64,000 bases of DNA from Octopus sinensis (GCF_006345805.1 NC_043005.1:42842001-42906000), one strand, 5' to 3'. Shown: positions 41,326 to 54,637, counted from the first letter of the stretch. Program-made: numbers and translations. The notes: generated from the sequence alone by a model not told the origin.

Positions 41326-42435
41326 GGATAGAAAGGTAAAATTGTAATGTTTCCACTGAAGAATCAGGCATATTGAGAAAAGCGTTTTGTATTTCAAATT
41401 CAGCCGAGGTCGACTTTGCCTTTCCTCCTTTCGGGGTCGATAAAATATGTACCAATTATGTACTGAGGCCAATGTAATCGACTTAATCCCCTTCCCGAAG
41501 CTGCTCTTGTGGCAAAAACTTGAAATCACCATCATTATTATTACTGTTGTCGCGTACATTCACTGCACCATCGAGTGAAGCTGTTTACAGTATTTTGTAA
41601 ATACGCTAAAGTACGAGTAGACAATGGAATTAGATGTTTGGAATCTTTTTTGTTTAACTGACACTTTTCAATTTCTTCAATTTTTGTTCCAACTGATTTC
41701 AAGTTTGATGTTTTGACGTAGCTTTGTAGGTAATTATTGACATGAAATTCATTTTCGCCGTAAATCAATAAATAAATAGTTAATAGTTTTTGAAGTTTGC
41801 AAATGTTTGGTAATTTTAACCAATGGAAAGCGACAAGCTGTTACACCAATCTGCTTACCCACGTGGTCATTTTGCGTTTATTACATGCTTAAAACACATG
41901 AGGTATGGGGTGTTCGTTGGATGTGCTAAAAATGATAACTAAATAGACCTTAAATCACGCACCTTTTGGTGGGGAGGGGTTGCATATTCTTATGAATTCC
42001 CGTGTGTAGAATACAAATTTGCAAAACTTTTCTGAAAATTCCAAAAAATATAACTGTTATGAGGAGTTATATGGCCTGCATAAAGCAGAATCCCACCAAT
42101 ATTTCATTTGTTTACAATTGACAACATGCGTAGTCACGCACAAAATGACAGCTTCCAAATCTTATTTTCTGGCCGGGTAAAAATCACAACTTCTATAGCT
42201 TTTTTAAAAAAAATATTTTTGTAAAAAGCGAAATATCTCCTCAGATCAGCATGAAAAATTACATCAATACACCAAATTGAAAAAAATTCAGTAAACTCCA
42301 AAATTTTTAGTGGTGCAGCCATATAGAAAAGATCCGGTCTCAAGTAAAATTTAGGGAAAATAACTTTAAAAAGTAAACATTTTATAATTTTCCACAAAAT
42401 ATGCATGTTTTGAAAGGCAAAAACCATTTATATTA

Positions 42436-42666
42436 ACTCTTTACGCTTTTACTCTCTTACTTGTTTCAGTCATTTGAATGTGGCCATGATGGGGCACCGC
42501 CTTTAGCCGAACAAATCGACCCCAGGACTTATTCTTTGTAAGCCTAGTACTTATTCTATCGATCTCTTTTGCCGAACCGCTAAGTTACGGGGATGTAAAC
42601 ACACCACCATCGGTTTTCAAGCGATGTTGGGGAGACAAACACAGACACAAACATATACACACACAC

Positions 42667-42709
<43 letters not shown>

Positions 42710-42869
42710 TACGACAGGCCTCTTTCCGTTTCCGTCTACCAATTCCTCTCACAAGGCTTTGGTCGGCCCGAGGCTATAGTAGAAGACACTTGACCAAGGT
42801 GCCACGCAGTGGGACTGAACCTGGAACCATGTGGTTGGTAAGCAAGCTACTTACCACACAGCCACTCCT
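42436..42869 (-). mobile_element. Full-length SINE family A
   Basis: Close match to the 22770 and 45942 copies. Confidence 0.9.
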
Positions 42870-43985
42870 AGTTTTTTAGTAAAACTATTAAAGTACGAGT
42901 TAACAAAATATTGAAGGGTGTCTTTGGAGATTTTGTAGTAAAATTTGTCTGATCCTAAATGTTTTGAAATATCAATAATAATTAAAAATTTATTTTTTAC
43001 TTGTCTTAGTCATTAGACTGCAGTCATGCTGCTACTTAATTGATTGACCCCGAAAGACCACCTCGGTGGAATTTGAACTCAGAACATAGTAGCAAACGAA
43101 ATATCGCTAAGCATTTCGCCCGGCGTGCTAACCATTCTGCCAGCTCGCCGCCTAGAATAATAATAACAACAACAATGGCCATGTTGGAGCCATGCTGTGG
43201 CACAGCCTTGTAGAATATTTAGTCGAATGAAACTACCCTAGTACTTTTTTTAAAGCCTGATATATATTCTACCTATTTATTATATTTTGCTGAACCGCTA
43301 AAACACCAACACCGGTTGTGAAGGACAAACACAGACACAAAGACAAACACGTGTACACTCATACATACACACAGATATACATATATACGACACACTTCTT
43401 CCAGAGTCCATCTACGAAGTACACTCACAAGTCTTTGGTCAGCCTGGTGCTGCATTAGAAGACACTTGACCAAGGTAACACACAGTGGGACTGAACCTGG
43501 AACTATGTGGTTGAGGAGCAAACTTCTTACCACGCAGCCACGCCTGCGCCTATATTAGAATCTCACTAAAATGAAATTCATGCCTACAGAAAACAGAACT
43601 TGAAAAAATGTTTTAAACTTTTTTGCAATGCAAACTGGTAAACCACACGAGTTGAATTATCTAGCAAGGTATGAAGAATATAGCCAATTGCTAACTACGA
43701 ATTTTTAAAGTTCAGTAAACCTTCTAAAATGGCTGTTGTCATTCCTATTTATATTCTAAGGAAGTACGAAATTGAGTCAAAAAGACAAGTTTTTTAGAGC
43801 ATAGTTCTTGATTGATTGATTGATTGATTCGAATTAACATGACTAGCATTTTCTGTTAGTTGACTTTAGTCACTCCGCAAGAGGAAACGGACAGTCGTCG
43901 GTCATCTGGGATTTACTAGTCAGACTGTTGCTTCAGATATTCCAGTTATTCACAATAGGGAACATTTTTTGTTATCTTCTATTAC

Positions 43986-44138
43986 CTGTGTGTTGAAAGT
44001 CAGTTAATTTCCACAATGCTAGCAAGCAAGAACTGCTTCTATAAACTTCTGCAACTTTAGCAGTAACCGGTTCGCGAGGACAATTGTGCATTGAGCCACT
44101 AAAAGTTGCAACAGAAGAAACAGTAATGTGAAAAGAAC
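43986..44138 (-). CDS. Candidate symmetric exon (GSFHITVSSVATFSGSMHNCPREPVTAKVAEVYRSSSCLLALWKLTDFQHT)
   Basis: T-rich acceptor region ending ctggtag; donor ACAG|gtaata. 153 nt, phase 1 to 1; this is the only open frame. Confidence 0.45.
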
Positions 44139-44879
44139 CTACCAGGCCAATACATAAAATAAATTGGAAGGCATGAAAATAGACAAAGAAAAATCTTTTC
44201 ATTTCTTTTCAAGAAGCAAAGCATTCAAAGTTGAAACATACACCTTTTTTATTTATTGTGGTACACTATTGAAAACTACCCGGGAGAAAACGGAATGCAT
44301 TAAGTAACTGCAGGATTTACAAATATCTACGACATACACATATAACGTAGAGTACTTTGAATACTATATAAAGTTCAACATCAAAACAAAATACTGTAAA
44401 CAGCTTCACTCGATGGTGCAGGGAATGTACGCGACAACAGTAATAATAATGATGATGATTTCAAGTTTTTGCCACAAGAGCAGCCTCGAGAAGGGGATTA
44501 AGTCGATTACATTGGCCTCAGTACATAATTGGTACATATTTTATCGACCCCGAAAGGAGGAAGGACAAAGTCGACCTCGGCGGAATTTGATCTGAGAACG
44601 TAGCGATAGAGGAAATACCGTTGAGCTAACGATTCTGTCGGCTCGCCACCTTAAATAATAAACAGAATAATAATGGTTTCAAATTTTGCAACAAGAGTAG
44701 CCATTTTGTATCGATTACTTCGATCCCCAGTGTTTCACTGATACTTGATTTATCGACCCAGAAAATATGACAGGTAAATTTGACCTCGGTGAAATTTAAA
44801 CTCAGAGCGGCAGACGAAATGCCGCTAAGCATTTCGCCCGGCATGCTAACGATCTGCCAGCTCGTCGCCTTAAATATTA

Positions 44880-45941
44880 TTATTAATAATAATAATAATA
44901 TAATACTTGCTTTATTGGCCACCAGGGCCGAGTACAAAACATAGAGGATGATACACAGACGAAAGACAGTGAAGTTAGACGTGTAAACAGCAAACAAACA
45001 CAACGATTAACAACGAGATTAGATCAACAATATACTTCCCCAATAGGTGGGGTTCCATCATAAGGTGAATAAAGAGACCTCAAGCATTTTGGACCCCTTA
45101 ACGCCAACGGCTCCTCTAGAATGCACTCTCTCTTCTCCCTTCTATCCGGCCTATAGGCGCACACTTTTACCCAACTTTCAACGAACTTACTTGATGGCAG
45201 TACTTCTCTCTCCGGCCTCACATTCCTTTTCAGGTGGAATCTGGTCAAAGAGGAAGGTACCCTTCTCCAACCCTTTCAATCGCGTCCACCACAAAACTTC
45301 TTTTGTCATGGGCATCAGACAGAGAAAAATTGCCCTCCCTTCCCGGCCAAATGAAGGAGTGGGGACGACCTTCACAATGGACTCGGACGATAGCCGGATC
45401 CGTCCTACACGTGACAATAACTGTTCGACAATGCTCCACAAGTCAGCAATGCGCGGATAATGTACGAGAGCATGCAGAACCCTTTCATCGCTTCGCGTGC
45501 ATCTCGGACAAGCTCGACTGACTGCACACCCGTGCCTGTAGAGCTTACCTCGAACCGGCATCACCCCCCCCCCATAGCACTGTCAGGCTAGGATTTCTGG
45601 AAGTTATCCATAGTTCCCGGCCTGAAAGTCCTCCGGAAGAGACTAACCAGTTGATACCCCTCGACGCCCAGGACATCTTCGAGTACGTAGTCGATCTTGT
45701 TCTCCTCTAATCCCCATTTGGTCGCGTTTACCATTTTCCTTGTCTTTGTGATCGCGCACCTATAGACAACTGTCCGTTTGGCTGTTGCTTCTAGCACACC
45801 ACTTGGAGGCGTAAATTCTGTCCTTCTTCCATTCATTTTCATAAATTTTGCTGCCTTGTTTAGTTTTTCTATTTTGTTCTCCAATGAGATGTTAACCAGT
45901 TCCTTAGCTGCTTGGATATTTGCAAAAGTCTCTTTCCCTCC
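44880..45941 (-). mobile_element. Internally deleted L1/Tx1-clade LINE (ORF1-like N-terminus joined to the ORF2 zf-RVT tail)
   Basis: VMPVRGKLYRHGCAVSRACPRCTRSDERVLHALVHY is a zf-RVT-type CxxC...H motif. Upstream lies an ORF1-like GKETFANIQAAKEL. The 3' end has caataaagcaag followed by a (TTA)n tail. Confidence 0.75.
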
Positions 45942-46107
45942 GCGAGTGGCTGTGTGGTAAGTAGCTTGCTTACCAACCACATGGTTCCGGGTTCAGTCCC
46001 ACCGCGTGGCACCTTGGGCAAGTGTCTTCTACTATAGCCTCGGGCCGACCAAAGCCTTGTGAGTGAATTTGGTAGATGAAAACTGAAAAAAGCCCGTCGT
46101 ATATATG

Positions 46108-46138
<31 letters not shown>

Positions 46139-46352
46139 TTGTGTGTCTGTGTTTGTCCCCCTAGCATTGCTTGACAATCGATGCTGGTGTGTTTATGTTT
46201 CCGTCACTTAGTGGTTCGGCAAAAGAGACCGATAGAATAAGTACTGGGCTTACAAAGAATAAGTCCCGGGGTCGATTTGCTCGACTAAAGGCGGTGCTCC
46301 AGCATGGCCGCAGTCAAATGACTGAAACACGTAAAAGAGTAAAGAGTAAAGA
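45942..46352 (+). mobile_element. Full-length SINE family A abutting the LINE
   Basis: Near-consensus sequence ending aaagagtaaagag. Confidence 0.9.
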
Positions 46353-46909
46353 GAGTTACTACATTTCAATATTGCTTTCAATATTGTTTTTCGTGCTACA
46401 ATTTCCATGTAGTGAGGAAGACTTTATTCCTTCCTTCCTTCTCGCCTTCTTTCTGCTTTTCCACTTCTGTCTTCTTTTCTTGACTCTTCACTCCTCCTTC
46501 TTTCTTTCTTCCTGCTGTCTAATGCCAATTATGGTGGGGGGGGGGGGGGACAGAAAGTCTTCCTGCAAATTTCCGTACCACCCTCCTTCCTCACTCCAGC
46601 TTTTCGTCCCTATCTTCAGTGTTTACTTTCTTAGTAGCAAATTTTCAAAAAATTTTGATAATAAAAGGGTTTGTATCACCCACAAAATGGGACTTTGGTT
46701 AACAAACGTCAGCCCCCAACCCACCACGAAGGAAGCTGGCTTGCAAAACGGTTTAAACAACAAAATACAGTATAGAAACTTTCAAACAAGTAAATTAGTC
46801 ATAAACTTACTTCCAAAAACATACCACCAGCTATAGCGATAACAACAACAACAACAGCAACAATAATAATAATAATAATAATGATAATAATAATAATAAT
46901 TCTTCCTAC

Positions 46910-47092
46910 TATAGGCACAAGGCCAGAAATTTTGGGGGAGGGGTATTTATTTCATCGATCCTGAAAGATGAAAGGCAAAGTCGACCACGGCGGAATTTCA
47001 AATCCGAATGCAGCGTCGGGCGAAATACCGCTAAGCATTTCGTTCAGCGCGCAACCGATTCTGCCAGCTCGCCGCCTTAAATAATGATGTTG

Positions 47093-47125
<33 letters not shown>

Positions 47126-47183
47126 CCCTAGGTGTACGGAAAACACTCGGCGAAAAACGGAAGAAAATTTGAAGGAAGAAGGA

Positions 47184-47214
<31 letters not shown>

Positions 47215-48790
47215 TAATTATTATTATTATTTCTACTATAGGCACAAAGCCTGGATTTTGTGAGGGGTGGGGAAGGAACAGTCGTTCACATCGACTCCAG
47301 TGCTCAACTGGTACTTATTTTTATCGACCCCGAAAGGGCAAAAAGCAAAGTCGACCTCGTCGGAATTTGCACTTAGAACATAATAACAGACGAAATGCTG
47401 TCCCGCATTTTGCCCGGCGTGCTTAACTATTCTACCAGATCGCCGCCTTAATAATATTAATGATCTTTTCAATTATAAGTAAAAAGCTTGAAATTTTGTA
47501 GGGAAGGGGCCAGTCGATTACATCAACCCCAGTGCGTAGCTGGTACTTAGTTTTTGGACCCCAAAAAGATGAATGGCAAAGTCGACTTCGGCGGAATATG
47601 AACTCAAAACGTAAGAACGGACAAAATGCCGCGAAGCAGTCTGCCAGCTCGCCGCCTCGGTACTGGTTGTAATGCTAAGAATAATAATGGCTTCAAATTT
47701 TGTCCCAAGGGCAGAAATTTTGGAGGAGGGGTGAGTCGATTACATTACATCGACTCCAGTGTTCAACTAGTACTTATTTTGTTGACCCAAAAACGATGAA
47801 AGGCAAAGTCGACCTCGATGAAATTTGAACTCAGAACGTAGTGAAGGGCGAAATCTCGCTAAGCATTTCGTCCAGTGCGCTAACGATTCTGCCAACTCGC
47901 CGCCTTACTACTGGTTGTAATAATATTAATAATCCATTTCTACTCTAGGCACAAGGCCCGAAATTTTGGGGGAGGAGACCAGTCGATTAGATTGACCCTC
48001 AGTACGCAACTGGTACTTAATTTATCCACCCCGAAAGAATGAAAGGCAAAGTCGACCTCAGCGGAATTTGAACTCAGAACATAAAGAAAGACGAAATACC
48101 TATTTCTATTTCTTTATTACCCACAAGGGGCTAAACACAGAGCGGGACAAACAAGGACAGACATAGGTATTAAGTCGATTACATCGACCCCAGTGCGTAA
48201 CTGGTACTTAATTTATCGACCCCGAAAGGATGAAAAGCAAAGTCGACCTCGGCGGAATTTGAACTCACAACGTAACGACAGACGAAATACCGTTAAGCAT
48301 TTCGCCCGGCGCGCTAACGTTTCTGCCAGTTTGCTGCTTTTAATAATCCTTTCTACTATAGGCACAAGGCCTGAAATTTGGGGAAGGGGGATAATCGATT
48401 ATATCGACCTCAGTGCGTGAATATTACTTAATTTATCGACCCTGAAAGGATGAAAGGAAAAGTCGAATTTGAACTCAGAACATAGCGGTAGACAAAATCC
48501 CGGTAATCATTCCTCCCGGTGTACTAACGCTTCTGCCAGTTTGCTGCCATTTTGCTACCATTAATAATGATTTTAAATTTCGGCACAAGGCCAGCAAGTT
48601 CGTGGAAGGGGTAAGCCGATTACATCGATCCCAGTGTTCAACTAGTACTATATTTTATCGTCTCCGATAAGATGAAAGCCAAATTCGACTCCGATGGCAT
48701 TTGAACTGAGAATGTGAAGACGAACAAAATGCCGCTAAGTATTTTGCCTGTCGCGGTAACGATTCGGCCAGCTTGCACTAACGATTCTGA
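46910..48790 (-). mobile_element. Head-to-tail array of about 8 SINE family C copies
   Basis: Units start near 46910, 47238, 47480, 47695, 47945, 48100, 48355 and 48575, all in the same orientation with AT-rich linkers. Confidence 0.85.
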
Positions 48791-49356
48791 GTAAAGCACA
48801 AGGCAAAAGCCACAAGGCAGAAGGTCAGTTATTTCGAGGAGAGGGGTTTAGTCATTACCGTCGAATCAGTACTAGATTGGTTCTTTATTGTCTCGAACCT
48901 GGATGGATGGATGACCCTAAACATTAGTTTAAACATTCTTTACTCATCATAGTAACTGGGTTCATGGACCCCTCCCATGTTGCTTTTTACTATTACTAAT
49001 ATACTACCAGTCTTGTTTAGATCAAGCAATGACTTTAAACTCACAATTTTAATGGAATACATCATTGTCACTCTCTCATTTAGTTCACTACTCTCTCTCT
49101 CTGCCCCTGCTTCTCTCTCTCTCTCTCTCTTACTTTCTCTTTGCCTGGCTTTCTCTGCTTCTCAGTTTGTCCACCTCACTCTCTCTGTTTCTATCTCCGC
49201 CTCTTTCTCTCTTAATATGTCTCGCTCTTTCTCTATTTCGCTCCACGTATACACTCTTTATTTCGCAGACACCTACTCAGAAATACAACAATAAGTCATA
49301 AAATCAATATGACTGCTTCCATTGCTATTTTCAAGCCTCTGTTTACTATCAAATAC

Positions 49357-49423
49357 CCATCGTTTTGGTGACATAGACGAATTTAGAATCCAGTCTAAAT
49401 TTAACGACACCACGACGGGAGAT
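49357..49423 (-). CDS. Candidate exon (ISRRGVVKFRLDSKFVYVTKTM)
   Basis: Strong acceptor ...tctctcttttactgtcttacaaatgtttcag; donor ATGG|gtattt, phase 0 to 1. An alternative 147-nt phase 2 to 2 form ends at 49277 (gtaggt). Confidence 0.4.
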
Positions 49424-51513
49424 CTGAAACATTTGTAAGACAGTAAAAGAGAGAAAAATAAAACACTGATGCTGCAGATGTTGGTAACTAGTATGCCAAG
49501 TAGTCGTATCTTCAATATTGATATTGCAATAACTCATATGACCAAGTCTTGCTACTGTTCACAGTTTGTACGATTTCAGCTACACTCAGTGTTAAATATC
49601 AGAATTAGTCGCATCACCAACACTGCTATCGATATCCTTTCTACAAAAGGCACAAGGCCTGAAATTTTGTGGGAAGGGCTAGTCGATTACATCGTCCTCA
49701 GTACGTAACTGGTACTTGTTTTATCGACCTCGAAAGGATGAAAGGCAAAGTCGACCTCGGTGGGATTTGAACTCAGAACATAATATCAGACGAAATGCAC
49801 AGTGCATTTTGCCCGGTGTGCTAACGATTCTGCCAGCTCGCTGCCTTTTCACAGCTATCAATATCAACATTCAAAAGTTGTTGATGTTGAGCAAGTCTTT
49901 CTAGCGGTGACTATTCCTCTTGTTCTTTGGCATAGTAAACCTTGAACTCAATTATGCGATACTATCTTCTTTTTTTTTCTTAGGTTGTAAAATGAGGGAA
50001 ACTTGACTGCTATTTCTGGTTAGTAAATCGATCCTGTAAAAGCAGCTTTTCAAAGAGCACTACTTAGTACCAGTACTGCTAGAAATAAAAGTTAAAACAA
50101 CACAATAGCCACGGGCAGAACATTTAAGTGACGTCTGTATTTCTGCCTTTAAACTGTAAAATTACAAATAAGCCACCCATATTATTGCAATTTTCACTTC
50201 TACTGTTTATGAAATCAGCGTGTGCTTTCAACAGAAATCTTATAAACTGACAAGGGGAGCTGAGTTCAACCCTAGGTGCGGTGAGAGCCACTGATAAGCA
50301 TTAACATACGGAAGCATTAAAATGCGAAATCATTGATGATCTGGCTATGCCTGCTGCTGTAGGGAGCTTGCTTCCCTTATCAGTCATTAAGATAGTGCTT
50401 TCTATGGCTATTGGATTGCTTTGACTCTTATTTCTAGCAGAACTGGTATTGACTAGTGACCTTTGTCACTTTAGTGACGTCTTTCTATCTACCTTTCTAT
50501 CTATCTATCTATCTATCTATATATATATATAATATATTCGATTCCCAGACCGGGCGTTGTGTGTGTTTATTGAGCGAAAACACCTAAAAGCTCCGCGAGG
50601 CTCCGGCAGGGGGTGTGTGGCGACCCCTGCTGTACTCCTTCACCACTCTTTCTCTCACTCTTTCTTCAGTTGGCCTGCTCGCTTAGCCAGCGGGGTGGCG
50701 TCATTCGAAGGCTAAAACAATGCGAAGCGCATTGTGACCAGCGATGTGTAACAACATCTGATGGTCTGGTCGGTCATTTGATCACGTGATATATATATAA
50801 CTACAATACGCTTTCATTAAAAATATATAAAAAACTATGTAAAACGTTTGGAGTTTCCTTCGTTTATCATATTTATATAGTTTTGCAATACAACACACCA
50901 CGTGAGGATAATCAAAGTTCTCTTCCTCCCTTTACACACACACACACAAATATACATTATGTGGGTGATATTTTCAACCGAGACGTTACAATCGCATCTG
51001 GTTTTTGTAGTAATCCAATTCTGTGTATGTATATATATTTATTAGATCGCTGCCATTTATTAATGGTTTTCCTCATTGTGTTGAATGTGCCATTTTCAAT
51101 CATTGATAAAATTATCGGCATTTTTGCCGACATGGGTATGCTAGTAATAATAATAATAATAATAATGATCATATCAATAATAACACCTGACACTATATTT
51201 CTGTTAGTAAGTGTGTGTGTTTTTATGTGTGTATGTGTGCGTGTGTTTGTGTTTATGTGTGCGCTTGTGTTAAGGATATTTAAGTTATGGAAAGCACTAT
51301 TGTCACTCAGCAAATCACCTTGTGTCTAGATAATGGAATTCTTCGTTTCTATTTGTACCAACGTAACTTGTTCCATTGTGTAGTCACAAGAAGCAACTTC
51401 CCTGTGTAAACAGTGCATGCAAACATACATATATGCGTACATACATATATGCATATATATATATATACATATCCATGTATATATAATCATGAACATATAT
51501 GCAATATATACAC

Positions 51514-51597
<84 letters not shown>

Positions 51598-51694
51598 CCG
51601 GAGTAAACACATAAATGTGAAACAAGGTGGAAAAAAAGTACTCAAATACCAGTGGTAGAGTAATATGCTTTATTTAAAGCAGCAGAAAATTCAA

Positions 51695-51744
51695 CAAAAT
51701 CTGATACTCTGAGTTTCTCGTTTCCGTTCATCAGACAGTTTTTG
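51695..51744 (-). ncRNA. Hammerhead-like copy, left arm (helix I has two mismatches)
   Basis: CAAAAACTGT-CTGATGA-ACGGAAACGA-GAAA-CTCAGAG-TA-TCAGATTTTG. Confidence 0.5.
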
Positions 51745-51748
51745 CTAG

Positions 51749-51798
51749 CAAAATCTGTCTGATGAACGGCAACGAGAAACTCAGAGTAACAGATTTTG
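51749..51798 (+). ncRNA. Type I hammerhead-like ribozyme with a minimal atypical helix II
   Basis: Perfect 10-bp helix I CAAAATCTGT/ACAGATTTTG; CTGATGA; A-CG-GCAA-CG-A; GAAA; near-palindromic helix III ACTC-A-GAGT; GUA triplet, predicted cut after 51788. Confidence 0.7.
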
Positions 51799-51823
51799 TT
51801 GAATTTTCTGCTGCTTTAAATAA

Positions 51824-51854
<31 letters not shown>

Positions 51855-52197
51855 GCATGTACATATATGATCATTGGCTTGCTTCGATCCTATAGATCTT
51901 TCTTCATTCGGTCTTTCACCTGTATAAAATACTTTTGCAGTTTACAGTCTTTAATTACGTCGAATTATGTTCCGAGTTAAAATCTCTCACAGTTCGAATT
52001 TGCTTCCCCCTTCTTTCTCTCTTTCTGTTGCCGAAAAAATAAACTTTCATATTCTGAGCTCGATTTAATCGACTATTTATTACCACGTGTGGCTTTCTGC
52101 TATTGTTAGAAGGTAATATGATATGCAGGTCAATTTCGTTTCAATAATCGATGTGGTTTATTAACGTGGATGTTACCCTAATGTATTGGTTCTATAT

Positions 52198-53155
52198 TTT
52201 GGCGCAAAGGCCAGCAATTTCTGGAGAGGAGCTAAGTCGATTACATCGACTCCAGTGCTAAAAATGGTACAAAGTCGACCTCGGCAGAATTTCAACTCAG
52301 AACGTAAAGATGGATAAAAATGCCGCTAAGCATTTTGTACAGCGTGGAGACCATTCTACGAGTTCATCGCCTTTAATCTGACAATCAATATTAACATTAT
52401 TACTTGTGCAGGCAAAATTGTTAGCATGCAGAACAAGAATGCTTCATGGCATTAGTTTCAACCTTACGTTCTGAGTTCAAAGGCCTCCGGGGTCGAATTA
52501 GCCTTTCACCCTTTCGAGGTGGATAAAATAAATACCATTTGAGTACTGGAGTCAATTTAATCGACTTAGTCCCTCCCCTAAATTTTCTGACATTATACCA
52601 AAATTTGAAATTAATGTTAAACATTACTACTAGGGTGGTGAGCTTATCGGTATTTCTTTCTACTTAGCGTTCTGAGTTCAAATCTCGCCGCAGTCGACTT
52701 TGCTTTTTATCATTTTGGGATCGATAAAATAAATACCAGTTGAACAGTGGGTTCGATGTAAACCCACAATTGCTGTCCTTGTGCCAAAATTTAAGACCAA
52801 TATTACCATTACTACCATCACATTTCTGAGTATTACCAAAAAATTAGTTTCGTTAAGTTACGTTAAGACTACACCTCCCGCTATGAGGCTCGGTGTAAAG
52901 AAGCTTGCCATCCTATATAATATTTTAACATTCCAATGAACTATTATTTAACATGCTGTAGGCGGCGAGCCTAGAAGGATCGTTGGTGCACAAGTAAAAA
53001 AAAACTTAGCAGCTTTTCGTCTGTTAATACACTCCAAGGCCAAATTTACCATTCGTCTCTTCAGGATCGATAAATTAAGTACCAGTGAAGCAGTGGGATC
53101 GATGTAATATACGAGCCCCCACCCACCCCTAAAATATCAGGTCTTGTGCCAAAAT
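52198..53155. mobile_element. SINE family C copies in mixed orientation (52198-52375 minus; 52420-52600, 52630-52800 and 52960-53155 plus)
   Basis: Matches to the family C consensus on both strands. Confidence 0.75.
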
Positions 53156-53558
53156 CAATGAGCTTTTAAACAGTTTTCTTTTTCCTGCAAAAAAACATAT
53201 GGTAGACATAACAATTGAATAGCTAATCCATCACGTGGTTGCAGTGAGATTAAATTTTATCTGAAAAAGATTAATAATTAATATTACCTATGTTTGCCTT
53301 TATTTGCAGACAAATGAAGAAATATTACTAGTAACCAATTATTATGTTTACTCGAGTTGCATGTTTTAGGACAACGTTAAGACTTTTATATCCCTTGCAT
53401 TAAATACACTTTTGCCCCTTCAACGAAATATATACAATATAGACTTATTGGAGTAGATTAACACCCAGTATCACTCATTGAAAGCAAGCCAAGACATGGG
53501 TCCGGGTTCACTTCTGCTGCATAGAACTTTGGGCAAGTGTCTTTTACTATATATACAT

Positions 53559-53636
<78 letters not shown>

Positions 53637-53639
<3 letters not shown>

Positions 53640-53968
53640 GAGGTGCAATGGCCCAGTGGTTAGGGTAACGGACTCGCGGTTTCGATTCCCAGACCGGGCG
53701 TTGTGAGTATTTATTGGGCGAAAACACCTAAACCTCCACGAGACTCCAGCAGGGGCTGGTGGTGAATCCTGATATACTCTTTCACCACAACTTTCTGTCA
53801 CTGTTTCTGTTGTACCTGTATTTCAAAGGGTCTGCCTTGTCACACTCTGTGTCACGCTGAATTTCCCCAAGATCTACGTTAAGTCTACACGTGTCTGTGG
53901 GGTGCTCAGCCACTTTTACGTTAATTTCACGAGCAACTGGAACCCTCGACGTAACCGACGGAGTGCCA
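53637..53968 (+). mobile_element. Near full-length SINE family B
   Basis: gtggaggtgcaatggcccagtggttagg (A box)...ggtttcgattccc (B box)...gtaaccgacggagtgcc. A partial copy lies at 50537-50790. Confidence 0.9.
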
Positions 53969-53983
53969 CGTAGATATATATAA

Positions 53984-54495
<512 letters not shown>

Positions 54496-54637
54496 ACAAA
54501 AATAGATACAAGTCTGTGTCATTCTGATCTTCGTACACAGTAATGAAGGTGACGCTCGTGTCGTTACTGAAGTGCTTGTAACATTTGTCATCAAGGACAC
54601 GTGAATTGTTAGGTCACTCACTGACTGTAATACTTAC

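Larger units (their letters stand above)
51597..51825. mobile_element. PLE-type fragment ending in a spacerless 158-bp palindrome
   Basis: 51668-51746 versus 51747-51825: three mismatches, centre GCTAGC. Confidence 0.8.

Noticed and set aside
41589-41721. Minus-strand exon-like frame YVKTSNLKSVGTKIEE...
   Set aside because: Weak AAG acceptor, its end overlaps the inverted duplication, and it is phase-incompatible with its neighbours.
22770-53968. tRNA-like A/B boxes as tRNA genes
   Set aside because: Each continues into a shared SINE body and I could not build a complete cloverleaf for any; they are SINE heads.
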